A stretch of 64,000 nucleotides of DNA, taken from assembly GCA_965216315.1 (NCBI GenBank), contig CBDCFN010000016.1:1856001-1920000 (forward strand). Reading direction: 5' to 3'. Source of the stretch: a bacterium (GTDB taxonomy: Bacteria > UBA10199 > 2-02-FULL-50-16 > JAJFLM01). Below are positions 19,307-31,765 of the stretch, in pieces; the first letter of the stretch is position 1, and each line of letters opens with the position of its first letter. A program made the position numbers and the translations under genes. The notes beneath the pieces are model-generated. The model searched no databases. It was not told the DNA's origin and worked only from the letters and a program-made list of their open reading frames with translations.

Positions 19307-21097
19307 TTGAGAGTGTCGTTACCCCGAGCCAGGACAACCCTGGCCCTTATTACAGCCATCGCTTGTCTTGTTTCAACCACCGAGGCCTGGGCCTTTTCTT
19401 TTGCTATTCATGGCTACCTACGCAATCGAGTTGAGTTCTATCAAAATCTCGACGCCCAAAAAGCCAATCCCAATATCAACCAGGGGGGACTCGGCGACAA
19501 TAACCGTTTTGGCAGCATCATGTTTGCCCAGCAGCGCCTGCGCGTGAGTCCCTGGTTTAAACTCAATGATCACTTATCACTCCATTCGTCGATCGATGTG
19601 ATCGACAACATCGTGTACGGGACCAATGCATCGCGCCAATTTGATTTTCATTCGCCCATTATCGGCACGATTCAGATTCCCGGAGCCGGTGGAGCCATCG
19701 GCGTGACGGGCCCCGAAAGCACCGGACAGTTTCAAGCCTTTAATCTCCGTCACGCCTATGCCGATATTCTCCTCCCGATCGGAAAACTTCGAATCGGACG
19801 TCAACCTTCTCATTTTGGTGTCGGCCTGTTCCAACATAATGGCGAAGGATTGGAAGATGATTTCGGCGTCAATAGTGACCGCATCCTATTCATCACGAGC
19901 GTCGAGCTTGCCCAGCTTGAAGGTGGCATCATCAAAAAAGAAGGTCATGTGATCAATACGGGGGTGTCAATCGATTTTGCCTTCACAGGCGCCGAAGACC
20001 CCCGCGACAAAGGGATTGGGGAAATCATCCGAGGGCCCTCGCGCAACATGTGGCAATTCGCTGCCTTTGGATTGTATCAAGCCCCGAAGTTCGAAGTAGG
20101 CCTCGCATCGGGGGTTCGCTTTCGCAATGGCGTCGAGGGAGATACGACAACGCAAGCACGCCCCATTCTCGTCGATGATACCGGCACACCAATCACGGAT
20201 GCCAACGGAAACTTTCAGGTCGGTGAGCTAGAAGATGCGGGCATTGATGGCAATACCCTGCTTTATTTCGCCGATCTCTATTCTAAATTCAACATCACGG
20301 ATGAGATATCCATTTCCGGTGAATATGTCTTCCTGAACGGTAATATCTCGACGGGGGTCGCGATTGATTCCATCCCCTTTAACGGGCTTCCGGCCGGGGC
20401 GCGCGGCGTCATTGAGCTCCCCGCCGAGAGCGGCATGCGTGTCCACATGGCGGCCCTGGAAGTCAAAGGAGATCATAGTTTTGGTGAATGGCTCTTCCAG
20501 GGTGGTCTCGCCAGTGGTGATGCCGAGCCCCTTTCGAGTCGCATCACGCAATTTGGTTTTCGACCTGATTATCAGATCGCCATGCTGATGTTTAACGTCC
20601 CGATTGGATCATCACCACGAATCACCCAAGGCAACCAAAATGGTGTGGGCGGCCGTGTCCTCGTTGGCGCCGAAGCGGTTTCCGGAAACTTCATCAATAA
20701 TGCCATATACGGCGCCCTTGGGTACAAGCACAAACTCAATATGTCCAAGGTCGCCAAGTTCATCAGTAATGCCAAAGTAGGCCTCAAGGCCATCACCGCC
20801 TTCGCCCCTAAAAGCAACTTCAACATCGATTTTGCTGAAATGACGGGCTTTGATGATCTTCCTAAAGTCGTGCAGCCCAGTAAATGGTACGGGGTTGAAA
20901 TCGATGCCAGCTTTGAGATGACGATGTTCGAAAATTTTATCTTCAGCCTCCAGGGGGCCTATCTCTTTGCAGGCCCGGCCTACGACGTCGAACTTGAAAT
21001 CTTTGATCCACTCAACCTCGGCCAAATCAATACGGTCCCGTTTGATGGGGCTAATGATGTCTGGGGTATTAAATCCTCCATGATCTGGCGATTCTAG
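19307..21097 (+). CDS. Outer-membrane beta-barrel protein (porin-like)
   Basis: Signal peptide ending AWA, amphipathic strands, LRIGRQPSHFG motif, C-terminal Phe (IWRF). Confidence 0.75.
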   Translation: MRVSLPRARTTLALITAIACLVSTTEAWAFSFAIHGYLRNRVEFYQNLDAQKANPNINQGGLGDNNRFGSIMFAQQRLRVSPWFKLNDHLSLHSSIDVIDNIVYGTNASRQFDFHSPIIGTIQIPGAGGAIGVTGPESTGQFQAFNLRHAYADILLPIGKLRIGRQPSHFGVGLFQHNGEGLEDDFGVNSDRILFITSVELAQLEGGIIKKEGHVINTGVSIDFAFTGAEDPRDKGIGEIIRGPSRNMWQFAAFGLYQAPKFEVGLASGVRFRNGVEGDTTTQARPILVDDTGTPITDANGNFQVGELEDAGIDGNTLLYFADLYSKFNITDEISISGEYVFLNGNISTGVAIDSIPFNGLPAGARGVIELPAESGMRVHMAALEVKGDHSFGEWLFQGGLASGDAEPLSSRITQFGFRPDYQIAMLMFNVPIGSSPRITQGNQNGVGGRVLVGAEAVSGNFINNAIYGALGYKHKLNMSKVAKFISNAKVGLKAITAFAPKSNFNIDFAEMTGFDDLPKVVQPSKWYGVEIDASFEMTMFENFIFSLQGAYLFAGPAYDVELEIFDPLNLGQINTVPFDGANDVWGIKSSMIWRF

Positions 21098-21100
21098 ACC

Positions 21101-21219
21101 GGCAACTCATAACACCTCGTCTGCTACGTTGCGTTCCTCGATCGCTCCTCGACGTAGGAGTACTACGACTGCGTCGCACCTCGGCACTCTGCCTTGCATC
21201 CGAGCTATTCTGAGCTGCC
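21101..21219 (-). repeat. MITE-like structured intergenic repeat (family A, diverged copy)
   Basis: Termini GGCAACTCA/TGAGCTGCC; internal blocks shared with 7954-8071. Confidence 0.55.
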
Positions 21220-21264
21220 TCTTCATTGACAAGGCTGCTACTGCACCGATATAGACAGTTTTCC

Positions 21265-22911
21265 ATGTCGGACCCCAAGATTGAAGAAATTAAGGCCGCC
21301 TACGAGGAGGCCCTCGCGAAGGCCAAGAACCTCAAGGAAAAGTACGAAACCCTTTCGGGCATCCCGGTAGAACCGCTACAGCTTCCGGAAACGCTTGAGC
21401 AGGAATACGGCAATCAACTCGGATTTCCCGGTCAGTTCCCTTTCACCCGTGGTGTCTACCCCAACATGTACCGAGGCCGCCACTGGACCATGCGCATGTA
21501 TGCGGGTTTTGCCACCGCCGAAGAATCCAATGAACGTTATCGTTATCTCATTGACCAGGGAGGAACCGGTCTCTCGGTAGCATTCGATCTTCCGACTCAG
21601 ATGGGTTTTGATTCGGACGATGCGATGGCCTTCGGCGAAGTCGGCAAGGCTGGCGTCGCCATCGACTCGTTACAAGATATGGAAATTCTCTTTAATGAAA
21701 TTCCCTTAGATAAAGTATCGACATCCATGACGATCAATGCAACGGCTTCTATTCTGCTCGCCTTCTATATTGCCGTTGCGGAGAAACAAGGCGTATCAAG
21801 TCAGAAGATTACAGGCACAATTCAGAATGACATTCTCAAAGAGTATGCCGCGCGTGGAACCTATATTTTCCCTCCCTCCCCTTCAATGCGCATCATCACC
21901 GATATTTTTGCCTTTTGTAAGGAGAAAGTCCCCCGTTGGAATACCATCTCTATCTCCGGTTACCATATCCGCGAGGCAGGCTCTTCCGCGGTTCAGGAAG
22001 TCGCCTTTACCCTGGCCCATGGTCTTGCTTACGTCAAAGCAGCAACCGATGCAGGGCTTAACGTAGATGATTTTGCGCCGCGACTCTCCTTTTTCTTTAA
22101 TGCCCACAACAATTTCCTAGAGGAAATTGCCAAGTTCCGAGCGGCGCGCCGTCTGTGGGCCCGACTCATGCGGAAACGTTTTAAGGCCTCCGACGCGTCA
22201 TGCAAACTCCGTTTTCATACGCAAACCGGCGGCAGCACCCTCACCGCGCAACAAATAGACAACAATGTTGTCCGCGTCGCCTATCAGGCTCTCGCCGCCG
22301 TGCTGGGCGGGACACAAAGCCTTCACACCAATAGCCGTGATGAAGCCCTGGCCTTGCCGACGGAAGCGTCCGCACGCCTTGCATTGCGAACGCAACAGGT
22401 CATTGCGCACGAAACCGGAGCCTGTGATTTTGTTGATCCCTTAGCCGGATCTTATGCAGTGGAACAACTAACCGACGAGATTGAAAGGCGCGCGCTGGAA
22501 TACATTGAAAAAATAGATGCGATGGGAGGTGCTGTTAAGGCCATCGAAAGCGGATACACACAAAAAGAAATTCAAGATTCTGCCTTTAAATATCAGAAGG
22601 CGATTGAAGATAAGGATTTGATTATTGTCGGTGTCAATGAATTTCAAGTTAAGGAAGACGGCAGTCACGATATTCTAAGAATCACGGCGGAACAACAGCA
22701 ACGTCAGATTGATCGGGTCAAGCAGCTCAAGGAAACCCGCGATAATGACGCCGTCAATCGCGCCCGCGCCGCCTTAAAAGAAGCGGCGGCGGGCACTGAC
22801 AACCTCATGCCGCACATCCTCAATGCCGTAAAGTGCTATACGACACTCGGCGAAATTTCAAACACCCTTCGCGAAGTCTTTGGCGTTTACCGCGACCCTG
22901 TCGTTTTATAA
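21265..22911 (+). CDS. Methylmalonyl-CoA mutase, substrate-binding large subunit (split type, no B12 domain)
   Basis: WTMRMYAGF (Tyr = MCM type), [27 protein letters not shown]; no DGHDRG domain. Confidence 0.88.
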   Translation: MSDPKIEEIKAAYEEALAKAKNLKEKYETLSGIPVEPLQLPETLEQEYGNQLGFPGQFPFTRGVYPNMYRGRHWTMRMYAGFATAEESNERYRYLIDQGGTGLSVAFDLPTQMGFDSDDAMAFGEVGKAGVAIDSLQDMEILFNEIPLDKVSTSMTINATASILLAFYIAVAEKQGVSSQKITGTIQNDILKEYAARGTYIFPPSPSMRIITDIFAFCKEKVPRWNTISISGYHIREAGSSAVQEVAFTLAHGLAYVKAATDAGLNVDDFAPRLSFFFNAHNNFLEEIAKFRAARRLWARLMRKRFKASDASCKLRFHTQTGGSTLTAQQIDNNVVRVAYQALAAVLGGTQSLHTNSRDEALALPTEASARLALRTQQVIAHETGACDFVDPLAGSYAVEQLTDEIERRALEYIEKIDAMGGAVKAIESGYTQKEIQDSAFKYQKAIEDKDLIIVGVNEFQVKEDGSHDILRITAEQQQRQIDRVKQLKETRDNDAVNRARAALKEAAAGTDNLMPHILNAVKCYTTLGEISNTLREVFGVYRDPVVL

Positions 22912-22930
22912 AAACGGGGACGCAGTGACC

Positions 22931-23000
22931 TAGCGAGCAACGCGAGCGAGAGGGGGAGGCTCCGGCGGCTTTGCCGACCGGAGGGGGCGACGCCAGCCCC
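22931..23000 (+). repeat. 70-bp GC-rich palindromic repeat (family C) between convergent genes
   Basis: Its reverse complement differs from 44335-44403 by about 5 substitutions and 1 indel. Confidence 0.85.
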
Positions 23001-23851
23001 TACGACGAATAGTCGTAAACGCCACGACCTGTCTTACGACCATAACGACCTGCCTCAACATATTTGCGAAGCAAAGGACACGGCGCGTATTTATCACTCC
23101 CCAGGTCGCGATGAAGGACCTCCAGGGCATTGAGCGTGACATCCAGTCCGACGAAATCGGCCAAGGTCAAAGGCCCCATCGGATGGTTACAACCGAGTTG
23201 CATGGCCTGATCAATCTCTTCAGCCGTCGCTACACCTTCATAAAGGGCGTAAAAAGCCTCATTAATCATAGGAATCAAGAGGCGGTTGACTGCAAAACCT
23301 GCCGAGTCTTTGACAGAGATCGCCGTCTTACCGAGAGACTCAGCAAATTCAGTTGCGGCTTTAGCTGTCGCATCTGAAGTCTGAAGACCATTGATAATTT
23401 CAACAAGCTTCATAACAGGGACGGGATTAAAGAAATGCATGCCAACAAAATTTTCTGGTTGTTTAATGTTTGCTGCTAATTGAGTAATCGAAATGCTTGA
23501 TGTATTGCTGGCAACAATAGCTCCATCTTTGACCTTATCTTTGAGCTCTGCAAACATTTTTTCTTTTGCATCGAGATCTTCCGTAATGGCCTCAATAATC
23601 AAATCGCAATCACTGAAATCACTAAGCTGCGCCGGTTGAATCTTTGCAATGATTTCATCTTTCTTGTCCGTTTCAATTTTCCCTTTTTCAACGAGACGGC
23701 CCAGATTTTTCTCAATGCGACCTATTCCTTTTTTAAGAATTTCTTCTGAAACTTCCGAAGCTAACACTTGATATCCGCAGGCTGCTGCCACTTGAGCAAT
23801 ACCGTGCCCCATCGTACCTAAACCGATAACACCAACTTTTTGTATGGCCAT
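23000..23851 (-). CDS. hbd: 3-hydroxybutyryl-CoA dehydrogenase
   Basis: [44 protein letters not shown]. Confidence 0.9.
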   Translation of the reverse strand: MAIQKVGVIGLGTMGHGIAQVAAACGYQVLASEVSEEILKKGIGRIEKNLGRLVEKGKIETDKKDEIIAKIQPAQLSDFSDCDLIIEAITEDLDAKEKMFAELKDKVKDGAIVASNTSSISITQLAANIKQPENFVGMHFFNPVPVMKLVEIINGLQTSDATAKAATEFAESLGKTAISVKDSAGFAVNRLLIPMINEAFYALYEGVATAEEIDQAMQLGCNHPMGPLTLADFVGLDVTLNALEVLHRDLGSDKYAPCPLLRKYVEAGRYGRKTGRGVYDYSS

Positions 23852-23907
23852 CTTTAAACTCCTTTTATCTCTAACTATTTGTATGAATTTATCCCGCGAG
23901 AGCTGAC

Positions 23908-24339
23908 TTATGGATTCGAAACATATTCCTCAAGCATTCTGAGGTCGTCTTCTTTACTGCGGAGGATATATCTCATTAAATCTCGTATCGAAAGCATGCC
24001 TACCGGTTTTCCCGCTGCAATAACAGGCAAATGGCGACATCCCTCACGTTCCATTTTTTGAAGACACAGTTCAGGATCATCTTCATCCAGCGCTATCACA
24101 ACCTGTTTTGTCATAACTTCAGCAATCAAAACCTCCGCAGGCTGCTTATTCTCCGCTAAGACACGACAGATGAGGTCCCGTTCGGAAAAAACCCCGACAA
24201 GCTCTTCTCCATCCAGAACCATCACAATCCCGATATTCTTTTCGCCCATTAACCTGGCCGCTGATTCGGCCGTGTCGGCCGGCTTAACCGAATAATTGAC
24301 TGGAGGATCCGGCATCAAATCTCTGATATGACGCGACAT
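23908..24339 (-). CDS. CBS-domain pair protein
   Basis: [21 protein letters not shown]. Confidence 0.9.
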   Translation of the reverse strand: MSRHIRDLMPDPPVNYSVKPADTAESAARLMGEKNIGIVMVLDGEELVGVFSERDLICRVLAENKQPAEVLIAEVMTKQVVIALDEDDPELCLQKMEREGCRHLPVIAAGKPVGMLSIRDLMRYILRSKEDDLRMLEEYVSNP

Positions 24340-24439
24340 GTTTTAGTTTTATACGATGCGCTCGGACGCCGTCAACGAATTTTAGTCGTGCCTCCTCCGA
24401 CGCTTCGGCCCGATATTTGACGTAACTCGCTGATATCAT

Positions 24440-24829
24440 TTATATTTTACTAGAAGCTTCTTTGTCGATCGCCTGTTTGGCAATACGCACGACATCCTTG
24501 ATATTCGGCAGTGGTTTGGACAGATAATCATAGGCACCTAGCCGCACGGCTTCTTCAGCCGCCTCAATTGTCCCAAAACCGGTGATAATAACGACCTCCG
24601 TGCTGGGCGATACTTTCTTTACGGCTCGCAACACATCAATCCCACTGACATGGGGCATGCGAACGTCCGTTACAATGAGATCGAAATTCTGCTTGTTTAT
24701 CAGCGCGAGGGCTTCTCGGCCATCTCCCGTACTCGTAACTACAAAACGGTCTGCCTCTAAAACTCGCACGATTAGTGAACGGATATCCGGTTCATCATCA
24801 ACTACAAGTACTCTTGGTTGAGTTTTCAT
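24440..24829 (-). CDS. Single-domain response regulator
   Basis: VLVVDDE, TDVRMP, ITGFG, YLSKP. Confidence 0.92.
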   Translation of the reverse strand: MKTQPRVLVVDDEPDIRSLIVRVLEADRFVVTSTGDGREALALINKQNFDLIVTDVRMPHVSGIDVLRAVKKVSPSTEVVIITGFGTIEAAEEAVRLGAYDYLSKPLPNIKDVVRIAKQAIDKEASSKI

Positions 24830-26450
24830 TTAATTGTTCACCTATCCTTGCAACGCCATCTTTGATTACAGGTAGCATGATGATGAATTCCACCCCATTC
24901 TCAGGACCAGGCCTAACCCGAATTTCTCCATTATGGTCCCTGATAATACCGTAACTAATAGAAAGGCCTAAGCCCGTTCCTTTACCCGGACCTTTTGTAG
25001 TAAAGAACGGGTCAAATATACGTTCCATAATACTTTCTTGGATCGGTGGCCCATTATTTGTAAACGAAATAGAGACATAATCGTCATCATAAAAAGATTT
25101 CACTGAAATTTTCCCATTTTTTTGACCTTCAAGTGCATCACGTGCGTTGGCAATAAGATTAATAAATACTTGCTGTATTTGATTAGAATCGGCCCACACG
25201 GATGGAAGCTTCGCTTGGCTGTCAATTTTTACCTCAATGTCATGATTTTTAAGCTGAGCTTTCAGCAACATAAAGGCATCACTGATAATTCTATTGAGAT
25301 CAACCTTCGCAAATTCACTTTTTGACTCGCGAGAAAAAGTCCGGATGTTGTTAATAATCTTGCTCATACGCCCTGTCTGCTCTTCGATACGAAGCAAATC
25401 TTCCTTGACCTGATCATCGGCCTTCAGATCATCTAAAATAAGTTGGGAATAACCCCGAATGGCCGCAAGAGGCTGATTCAGTTCATGTGCAATACCCGCT
25501 CCAAGCTGCCCGATAGCTGTTAGCTTTCCTGCTTGAATCAACATATTCTGCGTTTCCTTCAACTGCATTTCGCGCTCTTCGACTTCTTTTCGCCGACGGT
25601 CTAAGTCTTCCATAATATTCAATGACGCATCCTGAGCCATCTCTAAATCAAGTTTACGTTGTTCTAATTCTTTTGTTTTTTGTCTTAGCTCCTTTGTCCG
25701 CTGCTCAACTAATTCCTCTAATCGTTCCCGGTGAGTCGCTAACTCCTCATCTCTTTCTTGAACCTGTTGAATCATATCGTTAAATCGTATCGTAAGTTCT
25801 CCCACTTCATCATGCGTTACCAGTGGAGCACGAACACTATAATCACGATCTCTAGAAATTTTTCGAGCTATGCTCGATAAAGAAAGAATTGGTCGGGTTA
25901 TAATTCTTTGCAACATAGACGAGAGCAAGAAAGCAACGATAATACTGAGCACTAATATACTTACGACAGTGACCGCGTTATACTGTATTTTTTCTTTAAA
26001 TCGTGCCTGATTAGCAATGAGGGCTGCTGACCCTATCTTCTTGCCATTTAAAAAAATAGGTTGCCTTGTCATGATAAGATCGGTGCGGCTCTCCAGCTTC
26101 GCGGCACTCATGTTTGCTATTTCTTCCTGATAAACCGACCCTTCTTTCGCATAATAGGCGAAGATTTTTCCATCCTTGTCCCAAACGATTACCGCATCGA
26201 TATCATCATAAGCTGCGTTGCCTTCCAATATCTCGTCAGCATTTTCATTATCTTTTTCCGCCAAGGTTAAAGCCATATTTTCCGCCAGAATCTCATTATG
26301 GAAATTAAGATTTTTTAAAACATTTTTTCTCATTGTAACTTGTTCAAAGCCGACAAATATTATCCCGGCCAATATGAGCGCAAGAGTACACACCGTCATC
26401 GTCAAGAATATCATCTTTGAACGAATCGACATTTTATTGAGGTACTTCAT
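24798..26450 (-). CDS. Membrane sensor histidine kinase (periplasmic sensor, HAMP, HisKA, HATPase)
   Basis: Two TM helices, HAMP DEVGEL, AHELNQPL, NARDA, FDPFFTTK, GTGLGLS. Confidence 0.92.
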   Translation of the reverse strand: MKYLNKMSIRSKMIFLTMTVCTLALILAGIIFVGFEQVTMRKNVLKNLNFHNEILAENMALTLAEKDNENADEILEGNAAYDDIDAVIVWDKDGKIFAYYAKEGSVYQEEIANMSAAKLESRTDLIMTRQPIFLNGKKIGSAALIANQARFKEKIQYNAVTVVSILVLSIIVAFLLSSMLQRIITRPILSLSSIARKISRDRDYSVRAPLVTHDEVGELTIRFNDMIQQVQERDEELATHRERLEELVEQRTKELRQKTKELEQRKLDLEMAQDASLNIMEDLDRRRKEVEEREMQLKETQNMLIQAGKLTAIGQLGAGIAHELNQPLAAIRGYSQLILDDLKADDQVKEDLLRIEEQTGRMSKIINNIRTFSRESKSEFAKVDLNRIISDAFMLLKAQLKNHDIEVKIDSQAKLPSVWADSNQIQQVFINLIANARDALEGQKNGKISVKSFYDDDYVSISFTNNGPPIQESIMERIFDPFFTTKGPGKGTGLGLSISYGIIRDHNGEIRVRPGPENGVEFIIMLPVIKDGVARIGEQLNENSTKSTCS

Positions 26451-26461
26451 TTAGGCGTGTC

Positions 26462-27184
26462 CTACCCGGATTTTGAACTGCGTCGGGTGCGCAACTGCGT
26501 CACTTGTTCAGGAACAGCGTATTTATTCGGAAGCCCTAATTTACCGCGCAACTCATTTACTTCATTTTTAAGGTCAATCATATCAAACTCTCTTCCAATC
26601 GTAAGGCGCTGAAACCTCTCCAACTTATCGGCTCTTTCTTGCAACTCATGCGCTGCTCGCTCGCGTTCCGTGATATCCCGGATAATGGCAATGCTCTTAT
26701 CCTCCAGCATAGGGACAAAACGTGCCTCGTAAAATTTCTGTTTACCGCCGATAATTATTGAGTATTCCATACTGACAACAGATCGTGTTTCATTTACTTC
26801 CTTCAGCACTTTCATAAATTTCTGACTGCCCACTGAACCAGGCGCGTCATGTATCATTTTACCAACGAGCTCTTCCCGCGGAATAAATAAGTCCCTATCC
26901 AAGCCAGCTTCACAGTCGAGAATTTTTCCATCCTTATCGAGACAAAAGAAAAGATCCGGTATGGCCTGAAAAACCGCACGCAATTGCGTATTGGCCTCCA
27001 ATAATTCTTGTGAGCTTAGATCAAGTGAACGCTCGAGCATATTACGATCATTATCAGATTGTTTATACGCCTCATTGACTGACGAAATAAATAACTGCCA
27101 ATTTTCAGGAATAACGAAATCACTATCAAAATGTCGTTTGAGTTGTCGTCGCAGCAGGCTATGCAATTCATTCATATCAGTCAC
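26462..27184 (-). CDS. PAS-domain protein
   Basis: LHSLLRRQLKR N-terminus, PAS ending IIRDITER; GTG overlaps the FIST stop (alternative ATG 27175). Confidence 0.8.
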   Translation of the reverse strand: MTDMNELHSLLRRQLKRHFDSDFVIPENWQLFISSVNEAYKQSDNDRNMLERSLDLSSQELLEANTQLRAVFQAIPDLFFCLDKDGKILDCEAGLDRDLFIPREELVGKMIHDAPGSVGSQKFMKVLKEVNETRSVVSMEYSIIIGGKQKFYEARFVPMLEDKSIAIIRDITERERAAHELQERADKLERFQRLTIGREFDMIDLKNEVNELRGKLGLPNKYAVPEQVTQLRTRRSSKSG

Positions 27185-28317
27185 TCCGATAATGTCGTTA
27201 TCGTCATCGTCTGATTATGCAGCTGGCAGCTGGCATTTGGTATCATTGGCGATATTTCACCGTAGGAATAGAATCCTGTCAGAGCGGTGTGTTCTCCCAA
27301 TACTTCTCTCACACCCTCGACTTCCTCTTCAATGCGTTGATTAAGAACCAATTTTCTGCCGACGCAGCTAATGAGGAGGGCTAGATCCGGCGAAGCTGAG
27401 CCAATCGTTTCATAGCTGTTTTTGGCAGCTGCAACCGCACCATCAATTAAACGGTCAAAATTCGCTCTCATGAGGCGTGCATAGCTACCTATTGGAACAT
27501 CGCCTGCAAAAGTCAGGCTCTGATCCGCTTCATTAATACCAAGTATGGTCCTGACAATTCGATTTTCACTTCCCGGTGTACGGATACAAAGAGGAAAAAG
27601 CAGACCCGTCGCAGGCAGCCCTGAGGCATGCTCACCTAAATACCGTTTATAAAGTTCCAATGCCGATTTACCATCCAATTCGTATAAAATATTTCCCTCG
27701 GCTTTTGTAATAACACGCTCCGGACCAAAGGGATCCCAGCCCCCCAATGAACCAAAACCTATCTTAAGCTTTTCACCGTATAACCCGATGACGGCCACGG
27801 TATCTTTTTCCGGTGCGTCATTTCCAATAACATAAGTTTCCTCAAATCGATCTCCATCTCCAGACAAACCGCCTGTTACCATGACACCTTCCGGAAGGTT
27901 AGCCGTAAGTCCTTGGGCAAGTTCGCTCCCGTTGATATTCAATCCATCTGATAACACAAAAATATGTCGCAAGCGCTCATGATCTAGCGACTCTGAAAGT
28001 TTACGGCCCACTTGCAAACTGCTGTCACAATCTCCAACCTTAATTTTTTTCCCTTTAACAACTGATTTATTAAAATGAACGGCTGTCACTACTACAGAGT
28101 CATCGTAAACACGTGTATCCATAATTTCACCCGCCGTAGAACACCCAATGACATAGGCATTAGGATACGTTTTTTTTATAAAGGTAAATTTTTCTGGATC
28201 TTTCAGAAGTGAGGTCCCTGCGAACACAAAGACGAGTTGCGCTTTTTTTGCCAGCTGACGCGGCTCCTGTGGCTGCCAACCTGACTCAGCGGTCCATTGG
28301 GTCTGTTCGATCTGCAT
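27181..28317 (-). CDS. FIST N/C-domain sensor protein (NosP-like)
   Basis: GCSTAGEI, SDGL, GGLSGDG, SCVGR, GFYSYGEI, LHNQT. Confidence 0.9.
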   Translation of the reverse strand: MQIEQTQWTAESGWQPQEPRQLAKKAQLVFVFAGTSLLKDPEKFTFIKKTYPNAYVIGCSTAGEIMDTRVYDDSVVVTAVHFNKSVVKGKKIKVGDCDSSLQVGRKLSESLDHERLRHIFVLSDGLNINGSELAQGLTANLPEGVMVTGGLSGDGDRFEETYVIGNDAPEKDTVAVIGLYGEKLKIGFGSLGGWDPFGPERVITKAEGNILYELDGKSALELYKRYLGEHASGLPATGLLFPLCIRTPGSENRIVRTILGINEADQSLTFAGDVPIGSYARLMRANFDRLIDGAVAAAKNSYETIGSASPDLALLISCVGRKLVLNQRIEEEVEGVREVLGEHTALTGFYSYGEISPMIPNASCQLHNQTMTITTLSE

Positions 28318-28384
28318 AGAGCGCCTCCCCGAACGCCGCCAACATAACACAGCGCAGCATTGATATCTATCTTATTTAAACGAT

Positions 28385-28412
28385 AAAGGGGCTCGCCTTG
28401 GCGAGCCCCTTT
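28385..28412 (-). terminator. Terminator-like hairpin after ccr
   Basis: AAAGGGGCTCGCC-TT-GGCGAGCCCCTTT. Confidence 0.7.
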
Positions 28413-28440
28413 AGAAACTTCATCTAATTTTTATTTTGGC

Positions 28441-29691
28441 TTACAACTCAGTCTGTCCCTTTTCACGGGCATTAACGAGTATAGCCATATTGCCATTGGG
28501 ATGCTTGTTTTCGCGCATCAGTTGATGACAGGCCCCGGTTTCACTAAATTCAAATGTCTGCGACAGACACGGATCGACTTTCTTTTCCGCCACAAGGTTA
28601 TTGATCCCCATTGCCTGCTCATCATTGGCGAAATGGGACCCTTGAAAACGTTTCTGCCTCATCCAATGATAACGCAGATCGATCGTCGCATTGTAACCTG
28701 TCGTACCGGCACAGATGACAACCATGCCTCCCGTATCGGCGACGAAGATAGAGGTTGGGACCGTGGCCTCACCAGGATGTTCAAATACGATCGAAGGACT
28801 CTTCTTCTCTCCCAATGCCTCCCAAAAGGCTTTACCGAACGATTTAGCGCCCTTAAACCATTCACCGTACTTTTCAGCATCACGCCAATCAGGAAGAACG
28901 CCCCAATGTGAGAAGTTTTTTCGATTGATCACGCCAACGGCGCCCAGATTCTTGCAATAATCCACTTTGTCGTCGCTACTGACAACCGCAACCGGTTTAG
29001 CCCCGGCTGCCGCCGCAATCTGAATTGCCATACAGCCCAGGCCACCGGCACCTCCCCAGACAAGTACCGCATCGCCCTCTCTGACAACATGCGGGTCCCA
29101 ACCATGAAGCATCCGGTAGGCCGTTGCACCTACCAACATATAACAGGCGGCTTCTTCCCAAGACAGATGCTTAGGCTTGGGTAGGCACTGATGATCTTGC
29201 ACCTTAGTGAATTGCGCAAAACTGCCCCAGCTATTTTCGTAACCCCAAATACGGAATGTCGGGCTGTACATTGGATCGATTCCGGCCTCCACTTTGGGGC
29301 AGTCTTGCTTCCACTGCCCGCAATGGACGACGACCTCGTCACCAACTTTCAGGTTTTTGACGGCACTTCCCACTTTCCAGACAATGCCTGAGGCATCGCT
29401 GCCACCAACATGAAAACCGGACTCGTCTTTCCAGAAGGGATCCTTGGCGCGCGGGCGTATCACGTTGACGGGCACACCTAAGCCCGCCCATACATTATTG
29501 TAGTTGACCCCGGCTGCCATAACATAAACGAGCACTTCATCCGGCTCGAGAGATGGCACCGCTACTACTTCCTGTTGAAAGGCCTCTTCAGGTTCACCAA
29601 AGCGTTCCGGTCGAATTAACTGCGCATGCATTTTTTTAGGCACAACGCCCAGTTCTGGATGCTCACCAAGATCATAGATTTCTTTAGCCAT
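28441..29691 (-). CDS. ccr: Crotonyl-CoA carboxylase/reductase
   Basis: [48 protein letters not shown]. Confidence 0.95.
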   Translation of the reverse strand: MAKEIYDLGEHPELGVVPKKMHAQLIRPERFGEPEEAFQQEVVAVPSLEPDEVLVYVMAAGVNYNNVWAGLGVPVNVIRPRAKDPFWKDESGFHVGGSDASGIVWKVGSAVKNLKVGDEVVVHCGQWKQDCPKVEAGIDPMYSPTFRIWGYENSWGSFAQFTKVQDHQCLPKPKHLSWEEAACYMLVGATAYRMLHGWDPHVVREGDAVLVWGGAGGLGCMAIQIAAAAGAKPVAVVSSDDKVDYCKNLGAVGVINRKNFSHWGVLPDWRDAEKYGEWFKGAKSFGKAFWEALGEKKSPSIVFEHPGEATVPTSIFVADTGGMVVICAGTTGYNATIDLRYHWMRQKRFQGSHFANDEQAMGINNLVAEKKVDPCLSQTFEFSETGACHQLMRENKHPNGNMAILVNAREKGQTEL

Positions 29692-29701
29692 CTTTCTCTC
29701 C

Positions 29702-31675
29702 TTACAATAGTTTCGTAATTTCCATCATAATCTGATTTAAATCAAAATCCTTAGGCGTATAGATACCCGCTACGCCTGCCTCCTTTAAAATTTCTTCATC
29801 AGATTTAGGGATGATTCCGCCAACAATGACCGGAATATCACCGATACCGCGTTCCTTGAGTTGAGACAGAATCGACTTAACCAATGGAACATGCGACCCC
29901 GACAGGATGGATAGTCCTATCACATGGACACCTTCTTGCAAGGCCGCGCTAACAATTTGTTCCGGGGTCAATCGAATCCCTTGATAAATAACCTCATAGC
30001 CGACATCACGGGCCCGAATTGCAATCTGCTCCGCCCCGTTTGAATGTCCGTCGAGACCGGGTTTTCCGACCAACATACGGGGTCGCCCCCCCATTTTTTC
30101 AGCGAGCACATTAACCTGCTGACGAACGTTTTCAAGTTCCATATCGCCGGAAGCACGAAGTGGCTGACCTCCAACGCCAGTCGGAGCCCGATACTCACCA
30201 AAGACCTCACGCAAGGCGGCCCCCCACTCGCCAGTCGTCACTCCTGCATGCGCCGCCTTAATGGATGCGGGGACAATATTCTCATCCGATGCGGCCACGC
30301 GCTTTAGTTCGGCAATCGCTTCCTTGACGGCATTGGCATCACGTTGCTTGCGGAATTCATTTAAGGCCTGTTTCTCGCGCTCGTCGACTTTCGGATCAAT
30401 CTTAAGAAACCCCCCGTCCTGGCCACTGACTAATGGCGAGGGCTCCGCTTCTTGATAGCAATTGATACCCACGACCTTTATCTCACCGCTCTCAATACGG
30501 CGAATGCGTTCACTATGAGAAGCAACCAATCGCCCCTTCATATAATCAATGGCCTTCACCGCACCACCCATGGTCATCACTTTATCTATTTCTGCCTGAG
30601 CCTCGGCTTTGAGTGCCTTGACTTTTTCATCAATGACCGGAGACCCATCAAAAATATCTTCATATTCCAGCAAATCAGTCTCATAGGCGAGAACTTGCTG
30701 AAGCCGCAACGAAAGTTGTTGATCCCACGGCCGCGGAATTCCAAGGGCTTCATTCCAGGCAGGCAATTGGATCGCCCGCGCCCGCGCACCCTTTGATAAG
30801 GTTACGGCCAACATCTCATAGATAATGCGCGCGATATTATTCTCAGGCTGACATTCCGTCAGGCCCAACGAATTGACCTGAACCCCGTAACGAAAACGCC
30901 TATATTTTGGATCTTCAACTCCATAACGATCCTTGGTCAACTCATACCACATATCGGTAAAGGCGCGCATTTTGCACATCTCTTCAATAAATCGAACGCC
31001 GGCATTCACAAAGAAAGAAATACGCCCGACGACCCTTGGAAAGTCCTCTTCTGAAATAACGTCACGGCGCTTCACTTCATCAAGTACTGTCATCGCATTA
31101 CAAAGCGAGTAGGCTATTTCTTGGGCGGGAGTCGCACCGGCTTCCTGCAAATGATAACTGCAGATATTCATCGGATTCCACTTGGGAATATGCTGCACGG
31201 TATATGTGATCATGTCGGTCTGAAGTCGCAGGGATGCTTCCGGGGGAAAAATATAAGTTCCCCGCGACAGATACTCTTTAATAATATCGTTTTGAGTCGT
31301 CCCCTGTAGTTGCTCCGCCTTGGAACCCTGATCTTCAGCCGTCGCCACATAAAGGGCCAACAGCCACGCGGCGGTCGCGTTGATCGTCATCGACGTATTC
31401 ATCTGCCCCAGCTCAATCCCGTCAAAAAGCATCTTCATGTCTTCAATGTTCTTGATCGGCACACCGACCTTGCCGACTTCACCTGTCGCCATCACATCGT
31501 CGACTTCGTAGCCGGTCTGGGTCGGCAAATCGAAGGCCACGGAGAGCCCGGTCTGCCCCTTGGCCAAATTGGTCTTATAAAGCTCATTGGAGGCCTGAGC
31601 GGAAGAATGCCCCGAATAGGTCCGCATCATCCACGGCCTATCGCGTTTCAGCTTCTTTTTAGACTCATCAGCCAT
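29702..31675 (-). CDS. ecm: Ethylmalonyl-CoA mutase (MeaA/Ecm)
   Basis: [38 protein letters not shown]12 domain [10 protein letters not shown]. Confidence 0.93.
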   Translation of the reverse strand: MADESKKKLKRDRPWMMRTYSGHSSAQASNELYKTNLAKGQTGLSVAFDLPTQTGYEVDDVMATGEVGKVGVPIKNIEDMKMLFDGIELGQMNTSMTINATAAWLLALYVATAEDQGSKAEQLQGTTQNDIIKEYLSRGTYIFPPEASLRLQTDMITYTVQHIPKWNPMNICSYHLQEAGATPAQEIAYSLCNAMTVLDEVKRRDVISEEDFPRVVGRISFFVNAGVRFIEEMCKMRAFTDMWYELTKDRYGVEDPKYRRFRYGVQVNSLGLTECQPENNIARIIYEMLAVTLSKGARARAIQLPAWNEALGIPRPWDQQLSLRLQQVLAYETDLLEYEDIFDGSPVIDEKVKALKAEAQAEIDKVMTMGGAVKAIDYMKGRLVASHSERIRRIESGEIKVVGINCYQEAEPSPLVSGQDGGFLKIDPKVDEREKQALNEFRKQRDANAVKEAIAELKRVAASDENIVPASIKAAHAGVTTGEWGAALREVFGEYRAPTGVGGQPLRASGDMELENVRQQVNVLAEKMGGRPRMLVGKPGLDGHSNGAEQIAIRARDVGYEVIYQGIRLTPEQIVSAALQEGVHVIGLSILSGSHVPLVKSILSQLKERGIGDIPVIVGGIIPKSDEEILKEAGVAGIYTPKDFDLNQIMMEITKLL

Positions 31676-31765
31676 TCACGTATCCTTCCCGATCATGGGG
31701 TTGTCCCCAATGACTCATCGCATTATGACTGTTATAGGAGATGATCCGTAGCGGGGTCAAGCGGC

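Noticed and set aside
21098..21264. Cobalamin riboswitch upstream of the B12-dependent mutase
   Set aside because: No B12-box motifs recognised; the structure is explained by a family A repeat
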